DNA from: an uncultured Nitrospiraceae bacterium
GTDB lineage: Bacteria > Nitrospirota > Thermodesulfovibrionia > Thermodesulfovibrionales > UBA6898
Assembly (NCBI GenBank): GCA_963811165.1
Contig: CAWEQH010000004.1
Coordinates: 384,001 to 448,000 of the forward strand
Length of the DNA: 64,000 bases
Reading direction: 5' to 3'
Of this stretch, positions 18,460 through 29,099 are shown one piece after another. The notes beneath the pieces are model-generated. The model ran no database searches and had not been told where the DNA came from. It saw only the letters and a list, made by a program, of their open reading frames with translations. A program made the translations under genes and the position numbers. Every line of letters starts with the position of its first letter. Position 1 is the stretch's first letter.

Positions 18460-20094
18460 GTGGAAGATGCAGTGAAGCGGACGGCAGGCAGGACATTCGC
18501 CCCCGACGGCGATTGTCACGGGGCTATTCATGGAGGCAGTAAGGTCGTCGACGTACTATGCGACCATGACCGGGAACTGATGACCGAGTTCAGCAGGGTC
18601 TGTGTAAGACGTCTCGGTAAGTACTTTCCCTTAAAGCTCTTCCTGTCCCTCTTTGAGCAGATCCTCGATGCCAATGTGCATAAGGAGATAGAGAAGGACG
18701 TATTGATCATCACACATGCCGCAGCCGGGTTTGTCAGGGGGAAGGACAAGGCTGCCATGGACGCGGACGAACTTTTCGAGTTGACAAAAGGGATCGATGA
18801 CGAGTTCATAAGAAAATTGTCGACCCCACTTTTTTCGATAGAAATCAGGTATGAGGATTTTGCGGAGATACGGAAAAGGAGAATCATCTCCCTCGTCAGT
18901 ATGGTATTCGATCTGATGGGTAAGTGGCGGGACGTGCTGTCTTTCGCCGATAATCTGAAAACCACGTATACGGAGAAACGCTACAGAGAAGTCCTTTACG
19001 GGCTCCTTCATCTTTACAATATCGAAACGAGGATGCTAAGCAATTCCTTCACCTTTCATGGCCCGGCCGGAAAGGTGAAGGACCTTTTTGCGGAAAAACT
19101 TTTTGCCACGATGGAAAGGACGGCCGAAGACCTTTGCTCGGAGTATACTCGCCGGGTATACGGCGAGGGAGACCACCCGATCGGCCGGCCGGGTCTGACA
19201 ATTAAGATGAAGATCTACAAAAAGGCACGGCTCCTCTACACCTGGGCTTTTAGCCGTACGAAGACCACGGCTGCGATAGACATCACAAGCAACTGCAACC
19301 TTAAGTGCGCCCATTGCTATTGGTGGAAGGAGGAGCGCCCGGAAGAACTCAGCGACGACGCCATGGTCGCCTTTATGAAAGACCTCAGGCGCCGGGGAAT
19401 GACTGCAGCCATCATCTATGGCGGAGAGCCGATGCTGCGACCCCGGATGTGCGAGGCGGCATCGAGGATCTTCGACCACCCGCTGATATTCACCAACGGG
19501 ACGCAGGGATTTGCGTCATTTGACGCCCAGTGGATCTTGTCCCTCGACGGCACAAGGGAGGTCCACGACAGCATAAGAGGTAAGGGCGCCTACGACTGCT
19601 CCGTCGAAAACCTCAGGAAGGCCCCGCGCAAACCTGTCGTCCATACAACGATCACCAGACAGAACCAGCACAACCTGGAAGAGTTCCTCGACGAGCTGAG
19701 CAGGTTGCCTGTAAAGGGGGTCGGATTCAGTTTCTACACACCCCATAGGACAAGGGATGAAAGCAGTCTCTTCATCCCGGTTGCCGAACGGGACAGCGTT
19801 TTGGATGAGCTTCTGCGGTTGAGGAAGAAGTATTGGAGGATAATGGGACTGACCGCTTCCATGGCAAATCAGTTCAGACAGGGTGGTGAATTCTCCGAGT
19901 GGAACAGCATCGAAAAATGCCCGGCCCACAAGGTTTGTAACTGTTATAACTCAGACGGTACGCCAAAGTCGTGCACCTACGGAAATGAAGCGGACTGCAG
20001 CCGTTGCGGCTGTGCAAGCATCGCCGTCTACCGTGCCGCGATCAACCATCTAGACCCCCTGGCCATCTTCATGATTCACCGCATGCTTAACTGA
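18460..20094 (+). CDS. Uncharacterised N-terminal domain fused to a radical SAM domain
   Basis: CNLKCAHC, GGEP, FTNG and SLDG..EVHD.IRG motifs in the second half, plus a C-terminal Cys cluster. Confidence 0.85.
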   Translation: MEDAVKRTAGRTFAPDGDCHGAIHGGSKVVDVLCDHDRELMTEFSRVCVRRLGKYFPLKLFLSLFEQILDANVHKEIEKDVLIITHAAAGFVRGKDKAAMDADELFELTKGIDDEFIRKLSTPLFSIEIRYEDFAEIRKRRIISLVSMVFDLMGKWRDVLSFADNLKTTYTEKRYREVLYGLLHLYNIETRMLSNSFTFHGPAGKVKDLFAEKLFATMERTAEDLCSEYTRRVYGEGDHPIGRPGLTIKMKIYKKARLLYTWAFSRTKTTAAIDITSNCNLKCAHCYWWKEERPEELSDDAMVAFMKDLRRRGMTAAIIYGGEPMLRPRMCEAASRIFDHPLIFTNGTQGFASFDAQWILSLDGTREVHDSIRGKGAYDCSVENLRKAPRKPVVHTTITRQNQHNLEEFLDELSRLPVKGVGFSFYTPHRTRDESSLFIPVAERDSVLDELLRLRKKYWRIMGLTASMANQFRQGGEFSEWNSIEKCPAHKVCNCYNSDGTPKSCTYGNEADCSRCGCASIAVYRAAINHLDPLAIFMIHRMLN

Positions 20095-20336
20095 TCTAAC
20101 CCCATTGTTGGCGGATGCGGGAGGCTAACCTTTCGCTCATTCTCGCTCCGCTCCTCCGCCACGTCGGATTTGCCTGTGGCGAAGAGGCAATTTCTTGCCT
20201 GCCTGCGGCCGGCAAATACGGGAAATTGAAGCCGCTCAAGGCCGGTCTCCTGCATCTGTGGGTCAAGTGAAAAAAGTGTAATATCGGCAAAAGAAACCGC
20301 GCGTCTTATTCGGTTCGATTTACTGAATTAAGCAGG

Positions 20337-21191
20337 TTAGAAGCGGAATCCCATTCCTGCCCCGAAGTAATGAGTGTATCCGCCCAGGTCTCCGGTAAGC
20401 CGCACGCCTCCCTCCAAATCGACTTCCCAGAAGGGCGTAAGCAAGTACTGGATGCCGCTGTCTGCGTTGTAGCCCGCGCCTTTATCCGGGGCGGTTTTGC
20501 TCTGCCCGAAAATTTCACCGTAGAACTGAAGACGCACCGCAGGCTGCCAGGTGGCAACGAGATTGGAAATGAAACCGGTAAAACGCCTGCCCCCTGCGCT
20601 TGCCGGGTCGGTCTGCGAACTCACGCCAAGTTGAAGTGAGAGCCCTGTCTGCTCAGTCGGCGAACAGGCGGCTATAACGTTAGCGGCGACGCCGAGGCCT
20701 CGGCTCCCGAATGCGGACCCGCCTGTCGGCAGCGTCAACAGGGCTTCCACCGCGCCCGACCAGGAGCTGGTGTAGCCCAGTGAATGCTTAATACCGAGAG
20801 TAACAGCAGACGTGCCGGTGATCTTTTCTTCGGCCGAATCTGATTCGTGGTGTGCCGCCTGACGCGTATAATTGGGGGCAAGAATGACGAATTCGTTCCT
20901 CCCGGGCAGGCCGGTGCGAAAGACTGCCTGTGGATAATTGTCAGCTGTGCCGCCGCCTTGTCCCCGCAAAGTGGCGTGTTGGAACCCAAACTCCATCACT
21001 ACGCTGCCTAAAGGAATGACGCATGCACTGTCCGAGACGGTCGGCCGGTCCAGGATTGCAAGGAAGGAAGATGGGCCCGCACAGGGGTCGGAGACAACAG
21101 ACTCCTGCTCGACGGCATAGGCCTGTACCCAGACTGCAAGCAAGATTGCGAGGACCAGAGAAATTTGAACCACGCGGCGCACGATTCGCAT
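20337..21191 (-). CDS. Outer-membrane beta-barrel 'transporter' (MetA-pathway phenol-degradation-like)
   Basis: Signal peptide, DRP..SDSAC, amphipathic strands and a C-terminal Phe. Start uncertain. Confidence 0.75.
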   Translation of the reverse strand: MRIVRRVVQISLVLAILLAVWVQAYAVEQESVVSDPCAGPSSFLAILDRPTVSDSACVIPLGSVVMEFGFQHATLRGQGGGTADNYPQAVFRTGLPGRNEFVILAPNYTRQAAHHESDSAEEKITGTSAVTLGIKHSLGYTSSWSGAVEALLTLPTGGSAFGSRGLGVAANVIAACSPTEQTGLSLQLGVSSQTDPASAGGRRFTGFISNLVATWQPAVRLQFYGEIFGQSKTAPDKGAGYNADSGIQYLLTPFWEVDLEGGVRLTGDLGGYTHYFGAGMGFRF

Positions 21192-21300
21192 GTCTTTAAG
21201 CATCTCATACCCTGCGTATTGGATCAAGAGGCTTTTTATCGAAAACTTGACAGAATGGCCGTTTTTGCGGTTTAATGAATATCTCCAAGTTTGGTTCAAC

Positions 21301-21375
21301 AGGCTCGTAGCTCAGGGGGAGAGCGCTACCTTGACACGGTAGAGGTCGGCGGTTCGAAACCGCCCGGGCCTACCA
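21301..21375 (+). tRNA. tRNA-Val(GAC)
   Basis: Cloverleaf with acceptor AGGCTCG/CGGGCCT, anticodon arm CTACC-TTGACAC-GGTAG, GGTTCGAA T-loop and encoded CCA. TTGACA at 21248-21253 upstream. Confidence 0.97.
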
Positions 21376-21390
21376 TATAAACATAAGAGG

Positions 21391-22213
21391 TTAGTCATTG
21401 TCCATAGCCTCTTTTTTTGTGGAATGTGAAGTAAAATGTGAAGTTGGCACTTTTTGCACGTCATTAATCGTCTTATCAAGGATATCCACCGCTTGGGCCA
21501 GGTGGGCTGGTGACAGGTGCGAATACCGCAAAGTCATTTTAATGTCCTTATGCCCGAGTAACTGGGATACCGTTGGAAGGTTCACGCCACCCATTACCAA
21601 ATGTGAAGCGAACGTGTGCCGCAAATCGCGGAAGTGAAAGTCCGTGATCCGCGCCCGTATGGCGCTTGTCTTCTTTAAAAAGCTTACCCTTTTTCATGCC
21701 CTTCAAGACTTCGGGCTCGACCGTTTCCCAATCGACCGCTTTAGAAAACATATGCTTTAATACGTTCACGATCTTGTTATTGCTCGCGGGCTTCAGGCCC
21801 CTGTTGATCAGGTCCGTTTGATGCTTTTCTACCAGTGCCTTCGAAAACTTTCTCAAAGGAAGATTGCCGAATACCTGGACCAGTTGGCCGATAATGTACC
21901 CTTTCACCTTGGCTGAGTTCTGCCGTCCGGTTACCCAGGTCATATACTCTTCAGCGAGTTGTGCAAACGTGAAATTCTGGATCTTCTTGCGGTCCGGCTG
22001 CTTACGCTCTATCTCGATGGAGTGCTTCCGGCCGGTTAGCATCGTCTTTGCATCCTGGAACTTGTCGCTTTCCGAGGAGTCACGGATCTTACGACCATCA
22101 AGGCCGACGTAACATATCCACCAAATATTTCCGCGCCTTTCGATTTTGCCGCAGAGCGTGTTCGTCGGTGCACAACGCATGCCGGCCCTTTGAGACATTG
22201 TCCATCTGGTCAA
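21391..22213 (-). pseudogene. Phage-type tyrosine integrase with an internal deletion and frameshift
   Basis: Arm/core-binding N-terminus, then a jump to FRDLRHTFASHL...LLGH..I.MTLRYSH in another frame. The first catalytic Arg box is absent. Lies next to the tRNA 3' end. Confidence 0.85.
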
Positions 22214-22434
22214 ACAGTGGCAATATGTTTAATCCAAGTCCCGCCAAAAAAATGTTCTTTGTATCTTTCCGATTCAACCTGTGTAGTTTGGTATAATTTA
22301 GTCATGAAATACAGAGATTATGAACGTGACAAGGACGGCAGGCTTACTATATATCCTTCTTTGTATGAACCCCGAGAAAAAGGTTTTTGCAGCAGAATGT
22401 TCAAGGAGATAATAAATCTTATCGTTAAACGTAG

Positions 22435-22478
22435 AAAATAGAATGGGCAGGCCGTATGGGGATCGGGGATGCGTCTTC
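22435..22478 (-). repeat. Degenerate third copy of the candidate sRNA terminal hairpin
   Basis: A-rich run, GGGCAGG, then TGGGGATCGGGGA (22457-22469), which is identical to 887-899. Confidence 0.45.
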
Positions 22479-22589
22479 AAGATCGGCGCCTTTTTGAAGC
22501 CAATCTGTGACACGATTTTTGGTTCCGTTCCATATAAACGTTTCAAGCAGTTAGATCAGGCTCCTAAGCAGGTCGTCCTTTTTATTCAG

Positions 22590-22764
22590 GGCATGTCCCG
22601 AAAAGGAACTGGGGCCAAAGGAAGAAGTGTTTCGGGACATCCGAATGAAGCTGTGGGAGATCTTAAGCCAAAAGGAAATGGACAACGTCACGTTCGATAT
22701 CAAAGAGGTTGATGACCTGCAGGTGGATCCGAAGACCGGCAAATTCAGGCTCATTACCCGCTGA
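22590..22764 (+). pseudogene. C-terminal fragment of a phenylacetate-CoA-ligase-family protein
   Basis: Ends ...VTFDIKEVDDLQVDPKTGKFRLITR*; no N-terminal part. Confidence 0.4.
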
Positions 22765-22793
22765 TCGCCCACGGTACGAGGTTGCGCCGACGT

Positions 22794-25706
22794 CTACTGC
22801 AGTATCAGATTTTCGACTGTTGCCCCTCCGGCACGTATCGTCATACCCCCTGTTATCGTCGTAAGCCCGGTCTCGGAGGAAAAATCGGAATTGTATCCTC
22901 CTTTAAGGATGATGAGCCTGTTGTCATCGAAGTAAAGGGTCTCACTAAGAGCAACCGACTGGGCCTGAAGAGTATCTCCGCTTGAGGCTGTATCATATGC
23001 ATCCTGCACCTTAAGAAAATATGACGTAACAGGACCCGATAGCCTTCTTACAGGATAAGCCCGGAAGGTAGCGGTTATCGTATGCTCGGCCACATCCGAA
23101 ATTGTGTACTGACCGTTAGACACCAGATCGGTAACGTCTGCCGAGTTGTCGGTAAGTGTTTGCAGATAATAACCCGTATCAGGGCTTATCGTGCAGACAG
23201 AACTGCCGTGGGGATCACCGGGAATTGTACAGATAATCGTACCATGCCCCGAGGGAGCCGCAAAATCAAAATAGAGCGGCGAAGCGATCTTCAGTATGAA
23301 GGCGTCGTAGGCCTCTGCGTTAGTGGTCTGATAGGCCCCTGCGGTCACAGGGAAGTCAATAGACCATGTATACCCCGTCAGATAGGCATTACCCATGGTA
23401 TCTACTGTTACGCTCTGGGGGCTCTCCTCGGGAATGCCGTACCCGGGATTGACAGCGCTTCCGCCGAGATAGGTGGAGTAGAGTAAAGAGCTGCCGCTGG
23501 CGTTTACTTTCGCGACAAAGAGGTCCACGTCTCCTTTTTTCGTATCCTGCAAAAAATTTGCAAGCGGAAAGTCGGTTGATCCGCTGGTCCCTATCACATA
23601 GGCATGTGAAGCCGAATCCACCGCGACATCGATGCCCTGATCATCCCCGCTTCCGCCGAGATAGGTGGAGTAGACGAGCGCATTTCCTGCGGCATTCAGC
23701 TTTGTTACGAAGGCATCGAATTTGTTGACATGGTCCGGAGGCAGCAGACCGTCATCGTTACAGGTGCCGTCGGTTCCGCAGGAGGTGTCAAAGGCACCGT
23801 CAGTTGTCGGGAAATCGGATGAGGCGGTCCGGCCGGCCACATATGCATTGCCTGAGGCATCCACCGCAATGCCGACTCCCCGGTCTTCGCCGCCGCCCCC
23901 GAGGAAAGTGGAATAGATTACTGTGCCGTCAGCGCCGTGTATCTTTGCCACAAAGGCGTCAAAGGCCCCCCCGCCAAATGTGTCCTGTACGGCTTCCTCG
24001 ATAGGAAAATCGGTGGAACCAGTCGCCCCTGTAACATAGACATCTGCCGATGAGTCGATGGTTATGCGATAGCCCCGGTCGTCGCCCCCGCCCCCGAGAT
24101 AGGTGGAAAAGACAAGAGATTCCTCTCCGGAGGCAGAGGGATTCACCTTCGCCACGAATGCATCATAGGCCCCGCCGCCGAACTGCTCCTGGTAGGCATT
24201 TTTTACGGGGAAAGCCGTGGAGTTGGTTAACCCAGTCACATAGGCGCTACCGGACGCGTCTACGACGATTCCCATCCCGTAGTCAGTGCCGCTTCCGCCC
24301 AGGTATGAAGAGTAAAGAAGGGTATCGCCCATGGCATTCAGTACCGTCACCACGGCGTCATAGCCTCCGGCATTGGATTTCTGGTATGCATTGTCGGATA
24401 TCGGAAAGTCGGTAGAATTCGTCAAACCGGCAATATAGATGTTCCCCGCGGAGTCAAGGGCGATAGCGCTGGCGTTATCCTCATTGTACGCGCCACTGGC
24501 GCCGCCAAGGTATGTGGAGTAAAGAAGTGTCGTGCCGTCTGCGCTCAGCTTCGAGATGAAGATGTCATACCCGCCGGCATTGTAGCCTTGCCGCGGATTC
24601 ACCGTGGGAAAGTCGGCAGACCAGGTCTCTCCCGCCACATAGGCATTGCCCGAAGAGTCCACTGCGATCGTAGTGCCGAAGTCCCAGCCATAGCCATAGC
24701 CATAATACGTGCCTCCAAGATAAGTAGAGTACATTAACACAGGGTCGATGATGAGGGGTTCGTCTGTGTGGTAGGCTGCCACTTTAAAGCCCACCTTGTC
24801 TTTGTCTTTGAGTACATAGCCGCCTTCGACACTTTGTCGCAAGCCGTGTATCAGCTGATACATGGCCGGTTTGCGCAGGGTCACCTGAGCGCCGCCGGGC
24901 ATATGGAATATCAGGTTGCCCTGTCCGTCAACTTCAAGACGGTCTGCGCCTTCAAACTTCAGCTGGATGGCCCCTGGGTCCATCCCTCTGTCCACAACAA
25001 AATCATACTCCAGCTGACGCTGATTTCCATAAAAAACCAGATCTATGCCGGGATACAGGTCATGGTATTTGACACGAGAGTAATGGGGGATCTCGGCACG
25101 CCACTTCAGTGGGTCATTGCCGATAAAATAATTGCTCCTGCCGGGCAGAGATGCCATGCCGGCGATCTTGGGGTCTTTGGCGGCGCCTGAAAACTTCATC
25201 CTGAGCATGGCGGAAGAGGTTTTTCCGGCCAGCAGACCCTTGGCATCATCGTGTTGCCTGTCTTCGCTGCCGCGAGCGGCATTCCTTTGGGGAAGCGGCT
25301 TAGCAGCTTTCAGCATCACTATCGCTTCGGCAGGGGTCAGGAGCATGGAATACCCCCTTCCGTAAGAGACAAATTTCACGGGACCATCCGACTGTCCTCC
25401 GCTCTCCTCAAAAAATAAGGGGAGCCTGCCATAGTTTTCCATGATTCGTGTCTTTGCCGCCGCATCAGGCTTCGTAAGCCCTGATAGCGGGACAGCGGGC
25501 ACTGCATGAATCTCTGCTACGATATGCGCCGTTTCCCGGCCGGTTGAAATAATGGATTTACCGGCGATGGCGGTGTCCCTAAGAGGCTGCCGCTTCTCTT
25601 TGCCGGCAGACGTGAAGTCTAATGCTATGGTGCCCCATAAAAGGATGACAAAAAATGTGATGGTAAAAATGCGAGAAAGAAGCAAGGCTGCGAACCTTCT
25701 GATCAT
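22794..25706 (-). CDS. Secreted SBBP (beta-propeller) repeat protein
   Basis: Repeated YSTYLGG...IAVD.SGNAYV.G.T.S.DFP units, an N-terminal hydrophobic segment and a distinct C-terminal domain. Confidence 0.92.
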   Translation of the reverse strand: MIRRFAALLLSRIFTITFFVILLWGTIALDFTSAGKEKRQPLRDTAIAGKSIISTGRETAHIVAEIHAVPAVPLSGLTKPDAAAKTRIMENYGRLPLFFEESGGQSDGPVKFVSYGRGYSMLLTPAEAIVMLKAAKPLPQRNAARGSEDRQHDDAKGLLAGKTSSAMLRMKFSGAAKDPKIAGMASLPGRSNYFIGNDPLKWRAEIPHYSRVKYHDLYPGIDLVFYGNQRQLEYDFVVDRGMDPGAIQLKFEGADRLEVDGQGNLIFHMPGGAQVTLRKPAMYQLIHGLRQSVEGGYVLKDKDKVGFKVAAYHTDEPLIIDPVLMYSTYLGGTYYGYGYGWDFGTTIAVDSSGNAYVAGETWSADFPTVNPRQGYNAGGYDIFISKLSADGTTLLYSTYLGGASGAYNEDNASAIALDSAGNIYIAGLTNSTDFPISDNAYQKSNAGGYDAVVTVLNAMGDTLLYSSYLGGSGTDYGMGIVVDASGSAYVTGLTNSTAFPVKNAYQEQFGGGAYDAFVAKVNPSASGEESLVFSTYLGGGGDDRGYRITIDSSADVYVTGATGSTDFPIEEAVQDTFGGGAFDAFVAKIHGADGTVIYSTFLGGGGEDRGVGIAVDASGNAYVAGRTASSDFPTTDGAFDTSCGTDGTCNDDGLLPPDHVNKFDAFVTKLNAAGNALVYSTYLGGSGDDQGIDVAVDSASHAYVIGTSGSTDFPLANFLQDTKKGDVDLFVAKVNASGSSLLYSTYLGGSAVNPGYGIPEESPQSVTVDTMGNAYLTGYTWSIDFPVTAGAYQTTNAEAYDAFILKIASPLYFDFAAPSGHGTIICTIPGDPHGSSVCTISPDTGYYLQTLTDNSADVTDLVSNGQYTISDVAEHTITATFRAYPVRRLSGPVTSYFLKVQDAYDTASSGDTLQAQSVALSETLYFDDNRLIILKGGYNSDFSSETGLTTITGGMTIRAGGATVENLILQ

Positions 25707-26317
25707 CGCGAATCTCCCTTCCTACTATGCATGCGAGGAAAACAAAATGCCTGCACCCTCCAGGGCCTCCTCATCCCCCGCTGTCATCCGGGTATCGTTA
25801 TTCAGACTATCTTAATATATGTGTGATTTTCTGTGATGGGCATCACAAGACAGATGAGATTTGACGATGAAATAATTTTAATCCCTTCGTGCACCTTGCT
25901 TTCCGGCGGGCGATTCAATGTTTTCTGCTTTTCTCTATTTTTTCCCTTAGAATGAGCGAAATAAAGTCTTCCGCATATACAGGTAATGACATCCCCTTTC
26001 TGAAAACCACCGAAAGATAATCGGCCCCGAAATATTACAATTACCTCCTAATTCCTAGTGTCCGTATAAGTGTCCAATAGACCCCAATTTTGACGAATCA
26101 CGCTTCGAAAGAATCAGTCTCGCAGACGATATCGGTTTAATTGTGATCACGTGGAGGAATTTCTTGTCCAAAAAGTGGTTATTCAGCAGAGGCTGATATC
26201 AACATGGGCCGAACATCCGATATATAACCTATCGTAATCAGATACCCACCCCTTGACAAGAGCTCTTGATGAAGTGATAGTAATATACGTGAAAACTAAT
26301 TGCCTCAAGGATATGTG

Positions 26318-27568
26318 ATGCAGGACAAGAGGAGACACAAAAGATACACTTTGAAGGTTATGGAAGTTGAAGGCAAAATGATGTTCGCTTCTGAAGTGAA
26401 AATCATCGATATAAGTATTGATGGAATATCAGTGAAAGCAAACAGGCGGCTTAATATCGGCAGTGAATATTTACTGAAATTGGATGATAAAAAAAAGGTC
26501 ATCTCTCTGAAAGGTACCGTCATATGGTCTTCACTCAGCGAAAGCAGAAAAGGTCCTGGTGGCGGATTGGTCCCCATATACGCAGTCGGTATGAAATTCA
26601 ATAATATTTCCGTTCAGCAGATTACTGAACTTCTGGAATTTATCGAAGGGCACAAGAAAGAGGAAGTGCCTATGACAGGAGGGCAGCGGCTTAATATACG
26701 GTTTCACATGAAGGATCGGGCAAACGTGATTTTGAATTTTCCCACAATGTACAAAGTAAAATCAATCAGTTTTGGAGGTATGCTCATCGAATGCATGAGA
26801 GATCTTGAAGTCAACAGCAGGATACCCATGGAGTTATCCGTTCATGACGATAAGCCTATTAATTTTATGGGCAGAGTTGTTACATGTAAAGTCATTGGCG
26901 GTGGCGGCCAGAAACTATATGAAATAGGGGTAGAGTTTTTAGATTTGGCAGTTGAGGATAGGGGAGTACTCACGACATTCATAGAGTATTGCAATATTGC
27001 GGAGACCGGAAACGAAACGGACACGACTGCCAAAAAGGCTGTTGATGAGGATATTCCCGGCATTTCACAGGAATTCATAGACAGGGCGGAATATTCGCCG
27101 CTGACCGATCCTAAATTGGGAAAGGAATATTACATAAGACCTGTCCCAAGGGGCGGACCGGCAATGGAACGCGTTAAGGTCGTCGTTAACTATGCAGATG
27201 GCAGAATTATCAGGGGCCATGCAAATGATTTCTCGCCTGCTAGCCCCTCTTTTCATGTTCATCCGATTGAATTGGGCCTTGCCGACAAGGGAATTGAGGT
27301 AGCCATGAAGGAGCTTAAGGCCCTATTCTTTGTGAAGGATTTCACCGGGAACCGAGTTTCCATTGACAGGAAGGAATTTACCAAAGGTCAGCAACTTTCC
27401 GGGCGCAAAGTGGAAGTTACATTCGCTGATGGTGAGGTGTTGGTCGGATCGGTCTTGGGTTATGACACCCGTCGTCTTGGGTTTTTCGTTACTCCTGCCG
27501 ATTCGCAGTCCAACAATTTGAGAGTGTTTGTTGTATCAGCAGCGGTAAAAAACTTTCGTTACCTGTAA
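26318..27568 (+). CDS. Tandem PilZ-domain protein fused to a DUF6982-like domain
   Basis: KRRHKR and DISIDG, a second PilZ (SISFGG...IGVEF), and C-terminal KVVVNYADG...KALFFVKDF. Confidence 0.8.
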   Translation: MQDKRRHKRYTLKVMEVEGKMMFASEVKIIDISIDGISVKANRRLNIGSEYLLKLDDKKKVISLKGTVIWSSLSESRKGPGGGLVPIYAVGMKFNNISVQQITELLEFIEGHKKEEVPMTGGQRLNIRFHMKDRANVILNFPTMYKVKSISFGGMLIECMRDLEVNSRIPMELSVHDDKPINFMGRVVTCKVIGGGGQKLYEIGVEFLDLAVEDRGVLTTFIEYCNIAETGNETDTTAKKAVDEDIPGISQEFIDRAEYSPLTDPKLGKEYYIRPVPRGGPAMERVKVVVNYADGRIIRGHANDFSPASPSFHVHPIELGLADKGIEVAMKELKALFFVKDFTGNRVSIDRKEFTKGQQLSGRKVEVTFADGEVLVGSVLGYDTRRLGFFVTPADSQSNNLRVFVVSAAVKNFRYL

Positions 27569-27823
27569 TCCCCTCTAAAATAATTTTTTGTAACGTCATT
27601 GGTCACTCAGCCGACCCGCTGAGATAATTTTCCCCCCCCCCGTTTATCCCTGGAGAATTGGGAATCTTTGTAGAGAAAAAATTATAAGTCCGTCTCAAGT
27701 GCTTCCTGAAAGCCGCAGCGATTTCGAGATCCGATAACGGTTTCTTTCCCTTCCTGATCCGTAAAATAGTGAGAGCTCAAACCGCGAGAAATACTCCCTC
27801 CTAAATCAGGCACGGGTGCCCAT

Positions 27824-27910
27824 TTACTGAGAGATAAACATCATTACCGCAACCGCGAAAATCGCCAGCAAGAGGCCGAAACCCAGACCTAGCCGTATTA
27901 CTATCTGCAT
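27824..27910 (-). pseudogene. N-terminal fragment of a chemoreceptor/sensor-like membrane protein
   Basis: MQIVIRLGLGFGLLLAIFAVAVMM then stop. Confidence 0.35.
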
Positions 27911-28344
27911 ATTGCTACCATTTCGTTTATGTTTTCAACAGCCCAAGTGAATCAATAGAATCGTTACCGCAGAATTACTATCTGGGCAATTTGAGGACAA
28001 CTGATCTGGCATCGATATCAATAATTCCACAAAATTTATAGCCAGTCAAATTAAGTTTTCTTAATGTTCCTTTAACGTGGCGACGTTTAACAGTCGGGAC
28101 TCAACAGCATGGGCCAACTATCAGGTTGTCGGGTACTCGATATTCACCCGTCTTTTCCACTCTCTTTTCTATTGCAATTCGCAATAAAGGTTGCAGGGTC
28201 GTAAAGAACACGGTAACATTATTATATCTGACCACATATTCAAGAGCGGTCGTCGATAAAGGTAATTGCATCACTCTCGCATCCCTTTAGAGTGTAGTTA
28301 TAGAACGCCCTTTGGGCGTGCATTCAAAAGCAAGGAGGCAAAGC

Positions 28345-28725
28345 ATGAAGAGAGCGTCAGTCGTTTTCCTAGTATTTTTTGTAATGTTTGTGATGGCCTC
28401 AGGAGCATTTGCACAGGAGGTGAAACCCTGTACGGGAGACATAGCTAAGTTCTGCGGCAATGTGAAACCAGGTGAGGGACGGATGGCGCGGTGTTTGAAG
28501 AAGAATGAGGCACAACTTTCGCCTGTTTGCAAGATGCATGTTAAACAGGTGGAGGAGGCAGTCAAGAAAGAAGTGGATCAGGCATGTGTGAACGAAATTA
28601 AGGCTTTCTGCGGAGGATTGAAGGCGGGAGAGGGCCGGGTCGTGGACTGCCTGAAGGCGCAGAAGGCTCATCTGTCACCCAAATGTAAGGCGAAAGTGCT
28701 GGAGGAAGAAAGAAAGATAGAGTAA
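28345..28725 (+). CDS. Secreted cysteine-rich repeat protein (GLG1-like repeats)
   Basis: Signal peptide and two C..DI.KFC..VKPGEGR...CL......LSP.C repeats. AGGAGG RBS. Confidence 0.85.
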   Translation: MKRASVVFLVFFVMFVMASGAFAQEVKPCTGDIAKFCGNVKPGEGRMARCLKKNEAQLSPVCKMHVKQVEEAVKKEVDQACVNEIKAFCGGLKAGEGRVVDCLKAQKAHLSPKCKAKVLEEERKIE

Positions 28726-29099
28726 AAGCAACATCTGCTGCTTGTGCGTTAGACGCGCTTGGGTAGCGGCTACTATGGAGAAGCTTTAGGAGCAATTACG
28801 GCAAGCTGGCTATTTACTAAAAGATATTCTATATAACGACCATTGAGCGAATATCGAGAGGCAGAGGCTATTTTGGCTCTGCCTCTTATCCTCCTTATGA
28901 CTCTTTTAAGCGATCAGCGGCTTTTCGTTGGGGAAAGGGATTTTCCAGGGCTTTAAGTCTGTCATTAATCCAAAATTCTTCGCAGATCCTCAAGAGTTTC
29001 AACCCCAATACCTGATGGTGGATTGCGACGCTAAAATTATGCAGTATAATGCAGTATACTGTAAACGAAAACGCAATAAATTAATTGTGGGTGTTTGTA

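Noticed and set aside
21192..21299. Upstream extension of the beta-barrel ORF
   Set aside because: It overlaps the tRNA promoter, and the signal peptide begins further downstream.
22794..24740. Periodic repeats that could suggest an array
   Set aside because: They are coding SBBP propeller repeats. I saw no CRISPR-like repeat-spacer array in the window.
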